Positions 59,586-64,000 of a DNA stretch of 64,000 bases are shown piece by piece. Position 1 is the first letter of the stretch. Every line of letters starts with the position of its first letter. The translations under genes and the position numbers were made by a program. Source of the DNA: Myxococcota bacterium (GTDB lineage Bacteria; Myxococcota_A; UBA9160; SZUA-336); assembly GCA_965247115.1 (NCBI GenBank), contig CBDFGR010000002.1, positions 1,728,001 through 1,792,000 of the forward strand, given 5' to 3'. The notes below the pieces were generated by a model that saw nothing but the letters and a program-made list of their open reading frames with translations, was not told the DNA's origin and searched no databases.

Positions 59586-60416
59586 CTAGTGTTGCACCAC
59601 GGTCCCACCGTCAACATTGTAGGACTGTCCGGTGATCCAGGCGCCCTGCTCGCTGCACAGGAAGACCGTGGCCCAGGCGATATCGTCTCCCGTGCCCGCG
59701 CGCCCGACCGGGATCATCTGCTTGACCATGTTGTTCCACACCTCGCCTCGCGGGATGTCGTCCATGCGGTACGTATCGATGATGCCGGGACAGATCGCGT
59801 TCACCCGGATCCCGTGTTGCCCCACCTCACGAGCCATGCTCGCGGTCAGGGCCTGCAGGCCGGCCTTGCTCGCGGCGTATGCGGCGGCGTTGGGTGGGAA
59901 CATCTTGCCAGCGATCGAGGAGATGTTGATGATCGCCCCGCCCTCGCCCTGCTCGATGAGCTTCTGGCCGAACGCGCGCGACATATAGAAACTGCCGCTC
60001 AGGTTCACATCGATCACCTTGCGCCAGTCCTCCACCGCGAGCTCCACCACCGGGACGCGATCGCTGCCCCGTGCCGCTCCGGCGTTGTTGACCACGAAGT
60101 CCACGCGGCCGAACTCCTTTACGGTCTGCTCGACCAGCGCTCCGCACGCCTCCGGATCCGAGACGTTGCTGACCAGGGGCAAGGCGCGGCGCCCCACGCC
60201 ACGAACCTCAGCAGCGACCGAGTCGATGTCTCGCCACCCAGCCTCACGCTCGTCGTCGGGATAGTGCTCTGGATTTCGACCGGTGCCGGTGACGACGACG
60301 TCGCAGCCCGCCTTTGCGAGCTCCACGGCGATGGGTCGACCGATGCTCCGCATGCGTCCGGCCCCGGTGACCACCGCTACCTTGTTGTCGAGTCCCGTCA
60401 GCTCCAGCGCTGCCAT
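59586..60416 (-). CDS. SDR family oxidoreductase
   Basis: TGAGRMRSIG, VNNAG, YAASK, IRVNAICPG. Confidence 0.93.
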   Translation of the reverse strand: MAALELTGLDNKVAVVTGAGRMRSIGRPIAVELAKAGCDVVVTGTGRNPEHYPDDEREAGWRDIDSVAAEVRGVGRRALPLVSNVSDPEACGALVEQTVKEFGRVDFVVNNAGAARGSDRVPVVELAVEDWRKVIDVNLSGSFYMSRAFGQKLIEQGEGGAIINISSIAGKMFPPNAAAYAASKAGLQALTASMAREVGQHGIRVNAICPGIIDTYRMDDIPRGEVWNNMVKQMIPVGRAGTGDDIAWATVFLCSEQGAWITGQSYNVDGGTVVQH

Positions 60417-60500
60417 ACTTGCTCTCCTCTGGCTAGAACTGCGATTCTAGGGTGCGGCGGAAGAACTGTCCGGAGCTTGCTCGTCGGACGCCCCCGAAAC

Positions 60501-61259
60501 CTAGAAGTTGACGCGCTTCGTGAAGCCCCCGTCGATCACGAGGTTCACGCCGGTGATGAAGGCGGCAGCGGGGCTGGCCAGGAACGCTGCGGCGCGGGCG
60601 ACCTCGTCGGCGGTTCCCATGCGTCCCGTCGGAATCTGCTCGAGCGTGCTCTTGTACCGCTTTGGCACGGTTTTCTTGACCCGGTCCCAGGAGCCGCCCT
60701 CGATCAGGATCGGGCCCGGAGAGATCGTGTTCACTCGAATCCCCTGGGGCGCCAACGCCTGGGAAAGTCCGTTCGAGTGGACGATCAGTGCCGCCTTGAT
60801 CGCGTTGTACGACGTCGGACCCACGAAGGTCTCCAATGCGGCCGTGCTGCTGACGAAGAGGACGCTGGCGTTCTCAGACTCACTGAGCGCCGCCGTTGCG
60901 GCTTCGACGCTGCGGATGGCGCCCATGAGATCGACCTCGAAGTTCGCCCGCCACGCCGCCTCGTCGGTCCCGTTCCCGCCGGTCGGGTTGCTCACTAGGA
61001 TGTCGAGTCCGCCGAGCGTCGCGATGGCGGAGCTGACGAAGCCTTTGAGCGCATCTCCATCGGAGACGTCGACGGCTTCTCCCACGACCTTTGAGCCGCG
61101 CGCCTCGAGGTCCTTCTTTGCCGCCTCCACGCCTTTCTTCGTGCGAGCGCAGATCGCGACATCCGCTCCCTCGTCCGCGAACAGGCCTGCAATCGCCCGA
61201 CCGATCCCGCGGCTCCCTCCCGTTACGATCGCCTTCAAGCCCTTCAAACCGAGGTCCAT
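60501..61259 (-). CDS. SDR family oxidoreductase
   Basis: TGGSRGIG, YNAIK, IRVNTISPG. Confidence 0.93.
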   Translation of the reverse strand: MDLGLKGLKAIVTGGSRGIGRAIAGLFADEGADVAICARTKKGVEAAKKDLEARGSKVVGEAVDVSDGDALKGFVSSAIATLGGLDILVSNPTGGNGTDEAAWRANFEVDLMGAIRSVEAATAALSESENASVLFVSSTAALETFVGPTSYNAIKAALIVHSNGLSQALAPQGIRVNTISPGPILIEGGSWDRVKKTVPKRYKSTLEQIPTGRMGTADEVARAAAFLASPAAAFITGVNLVIDGGFTKRVNF

Positions 61260-61271
61260 TCCGATTCCTCC

Positions 61272-61925
61272 TCAACCGTGGCGGGACGACACCAGGCGGC
61301 TGGCGTCGCCCCGGTTCAGGTATTTGACGAACGGGTCGCGTGTCGGGTCGGACTGCCACTCGTACTCTGTGCGCGCCGCGACCTCGTCCGCACGCTCGCG
61401 GCCGTAGAGCCGCGCGATGATGCCGAGTGCCATGTCGGTGCCGGCTGACACTCCCGACGACGTCGCGGTGGCCCCGTCTTCCACCCAGCGCGCTTCCTCG
61501 ATCCAGCGCACCTTGTTGCTCTGGCTCTCAGCGAAAGCGAAGAACTGCTTGTTCGACGTCGCGCGGAGCCCGTCCAGGACGCCAGCCTTCGCGAGGAGGG
61601 CCGAGCCCGAGCAGACGGACATCGTGATCTCGGCCGAGCGCGAGCGTTCGCGGAGAAAGTCCAGCAGCTTCGCGTTCTCGAGCTGGGGCACGGTGCCGAT
61701 CCCGCCCGGCACTAGGATGAGGCCAAGCTCTGGACACTCGTCGAATCCGACGTCGGCGACCGTTTCGGGTCCCTGCGCCGACGCGACCGGGCCCGGCGCG
61801 TCCGCCACGGTCACGATCCGGAGCTCCGGCCCAATAGACCCGAACATCTCGAGCGGCCCGTACAGGTCCAGGAGCTCGAAGTCCTCGTACAGAATGGCCC
61901 CGAGCGTGCGTGCTTCGTCGCTCAT
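61272..61925 (-). CDS. DJ-1/PfpI family protein
   Basis: FELLDLYGP, LVPGG, SVCSG, TSSGVSAGTD. Confidence 0.92.
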   Translation of the reverse strand: MSDEARTLGAILYEDFELLDLYGPLEMFGSIGPELRIVTVADAPGPVASAQGPETVADVGFDECPELGLILVPGGIGTVPQLENAKLLDFLRERSRSAEITMSVCSGSALLAKAGVLDGLRATSNKQFFAFAESQSNKVRWIEEARWVEDGATATSSGVSAGTDMALGIIARLYGRERADEVAARTEYEWQSDPTRDPFVKYLNRGDASRLVSSRHG

Positions 61926-62083
61926 GGTCGCATGCTAGCACGCGGTATCCCCAGACCTGTCGTTGGTGTGGTCGTAGACTATGCGCTGCGGCTCACGTAC
62001 GGGCCGCGGAGGAACGATTGTGGAGAACCTGAATCAGCTTCGCGACGAAGCGGCCTAGCGTCTGCGGGGCTGCGCCCGGCGGC

Positions 62084-63070
62084 ATGGGAAGGCGGATCGG
62101 ACTGGTTCTGGGAGCGGGCGGGGCAACTGGCGCCGCCTTTCATGCCGGTGTCCTCGCCGCCCTGGAGGAAGCGACGGGCTTCGACGCCAGGAGAGCAACA
62201 CCAATCGTCGGCACATCCGCCGGTGCGATGGCGGGGGCGCTCCTGAGGGCCGGTGTGCCGCCCGCGGACCTGCTGGCGCGTGCGCGTGGCGTCGAGCTTT
62301 CCGCAGAAGGCCAGCGCGTGGCTGAGAGACTGGGTCCGTTTCCTCAGCCTCCCTCGCTGCGCCCGGACTGGACGAACGGGATTCCGGGTCCGGCCGAGCC
62401 GGCGGCACTCGCGCGGGCATTCCTCCGCCCCTGGTCGGCACGGCCAGGCGCCCTCCTGGCAGCGGCCCTACCGGAGGGTACGCACTCCTCGGAGCCGCTG
62501 TCGCGGCTGTTGGAGCCACTATTCGACAAGGGCTGGCCAGAGGCTCCTCTGTGGCTGTGTGCGGTACGGCTCTCCGACGCACGCCGCGTGGTCTTTGGCC
62601 GAGATGCTCTGGGCGAGGCGACGGTAGCCCGCGCGGCTGCAGCGTCCTGTGCCATTCCCGGAGTCTACGCGCCGGTGAAGATCGGCTCGGAGCGCTACGT
62701 CGACGGCGGAGTCCACTCCCCCACGAACCTGGATCTCCTTGCGAAAGAGGAGCTGGATCTCGTGATCGTGAGCTCGCCGATGTCCGCGGCCGGACGGGGT
62801 TTGAGGCTCAGCGCGGACTTCGCACTGCGCCAGCTCTGCCGCGCGACGCTTGGACGAGAGGCTGCGCTCGTTCGGCGCCACCGCAACCACGTGCTGGTGT
62901 TTCAGCCGACGGCGATCGATCAGCGCATCATGGGACCGAACCCCATGGACACCTCGCGCCGCAGCGACGTCGCCTTGCAGGCTCGCGCGTCCGCTCTCGA
63001 TCGCCTGCGGCGCCGCGACGTGCGCGAGTGCTTCGGGACGTGCTCACCGGCTAGCTCGTTTCCCCGTTGA
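62084..63070 (+). CDS. Patatin-like phospholipase
   Basis: LGAGG, GTSAG, ASCAIPG, DGG. Confidence 0.92.
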   Translation: MGRRIGLVLGAGGATGAAFHAGVLAALEEATGFDARRATPIVGTSAGAMAGALLRAGVPPADLLARARGVELSAEGQRVAERLGPFPQPPSLRPDWTNGIPGPAEPAALARAFLRPWSARPGALLAAALPEGTHSSEPLSRLLEPLFDKGWPEAPLWLCAVRLSDARRVVFGRDALGEATVARAAAASCAIPGVYAPVKIGSERYVDGGVHSPTNLDLLAKEELDLVIVSSPMSAAGRGLRLSADFALRQLCRATLGREAALVRRHRNHVLVFQPTAIDQRIMGPNPMDTSRRSDVALQARASALDRLRRRDVRECFGTCSPASSFPR

Positions 63071-63116
63071 CCTGCTGGTCTGCTCCGCCACATAGTGGCG
63101 GGAGAGGTCCCCCCCG

Positions 63117-64000
63117 GTGCGGCTCACGAATCAAGATGCCTCCTTTCTGTATGGGGAGACGGCGAGCGGGCCGATGCACGGCTCCTCGTTCTGCGTCTTC
63201 GAGGGAGTGATCCCCTTCGCGACGGTCCTCGAACAGATCGGGCGGCGCCTGCATCTCGTGCCACGCTACCGCCAGAAGCTCGCCTTCGTGCCCCTCAACC
63301 TCGCGCACGCCCGCTGGGTCGACGATCCCGACTTCAAGCTCGAGAACCACATCGCGCTGCACAAGCTCCCTGTGGGCAGCAGCTTGCAGGACGCGATCGA
63401 CGCGGGCGTGGCGCTGGCAGAGCCACTCCTACCGCGAGATCGGCCACTCTGGATGACCTACGTGCTGGAGGGCGTGCCTGATCGCACGGTGCTGCTGTTT
63501 CTCGGCCACCACGCGATGGTCGACGGTGCCTCGGCAGTGGAGATCCTCTCGGTGCTGATGGACGTGGATCCGACTGCGGAGCAGCTGCCTCCGCTACCTC
63601 CGTGGCAGGTGCAGCCGGTTCCGGGTGCGCTCGAGCTGCTGGGCGAGGCCTTCGGCGACAACCTGCGCGCGCTGGCCGAGCAGAATCCGCTCCTGGCATC
63701 ACGCTGGGACGGCTCGCGCAACGAGATGCTGCGCCGTGGCACAGAGGTGATCCTGCGCATGACCACGACGCCCGTCATCGCAGCGCCCTGGAACGCGTCG
63801 CCGGTTGGACCGAAGCGGAAGTTCGTCTGGACCAGGTACAGCCTCGCGGACTTCCGCCGCATCCGGACCGCGTTCGGAGGGACCGTGAACGACGTGGTCC
63901 TGACCGCTGTCGTCGAAGCGGCGGCGCGCTACCTGCGCTTCCACAACGAGAACACGCGCGAGGGGCAGATGCGCGTGATGTGCCCGGTGAACGTGCGGCG
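63117..64000 (+). CDS. Wax ester synthase / diacylglycerol acyltransferase (WS/DGAT), truncated by the window end
   Basis: From GTG 63117: MRLTNQDASFLYGE..PMH, PRYRQKL, WVDDPDF, RPLW, HHAMVDG (HHxxxDG), GTVNDVVL; not in the ORF track because it has no stop in the window. Confidence 0.92.
   Translation, partial: MRLTNQDASFLYGETASGPMHGSSFCVFEGVIPFATVLEQIGRRLHLVPRYRQKLAFVPLNLAHARWVDDPDFKLENHIALHKLPVGSSLQDAIDAGVALAEPLLPRDRPLWMTYVLEGVPDRTVLLFLGHHAMVDGASAVEILSVLMDVDPTAEQLPPLPPWQVQPVPGALELLGEAFGDNLRALAEQNPLLASRWDGSRNEMLRRGTEVILRMTTTPVIAAPWNASPVGPKRKFVWTRYSLADFRRIRTAFGGTVNDVVLTAVVEAAARYLRFHNENTREGQMRVMCPVNVR

Overview
High-GC chromosomal window from a diderm bacterium (TonB-dependent receptor, LolA-like protein, TRAP and ABC systems). 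The gene mix suggests a Myxococcota/deltaproteobacteria-like organism, but that is inference only. It holds about 70 tightly packed CDSs. Housekeeping and stress genes include folB, gor, rmuC, aat, a fur-katG-phhB unit, udk, psd, ppk1, ada/alkA-ogt and nfi. There are many redox and catabolic enzymes (three luciferase-like monooxygenases, SDRs, a P450, an acyl-CoA ligase, a PhyH dioxygenase), a CmlS-like flavin-dependent halogenase, several transporters, and a patatin plus a WS/DGAT gene that runs off the window end. I found no rRNA, tRNA, CRISPR array or prophage. Main observations not explained by the gene calls: (1) a ~100-bp three-hairpin dispersed repeat with compensatory base changes (5 full copies, 4 of them hard against stop codons), two copies extending into a ~230-bp composite with a second repeat motif; (2) an orphan RAYT-type HUH transposase between an IS481 relic and a decayed transporter; (3) sharp local C-rich to G-rich strand switches at these sites; (4) many apparently leaderless genes, including one palindromic -10 element serving two divergent genes, one of which (psd) has an in-frame TGA at codon 11; (5) a ppk1 / kinase-like lipoprotein / SdiA-regulated-like / DUF4956 cluster. 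All product calls come from motif recognition by eye; no searches were run.
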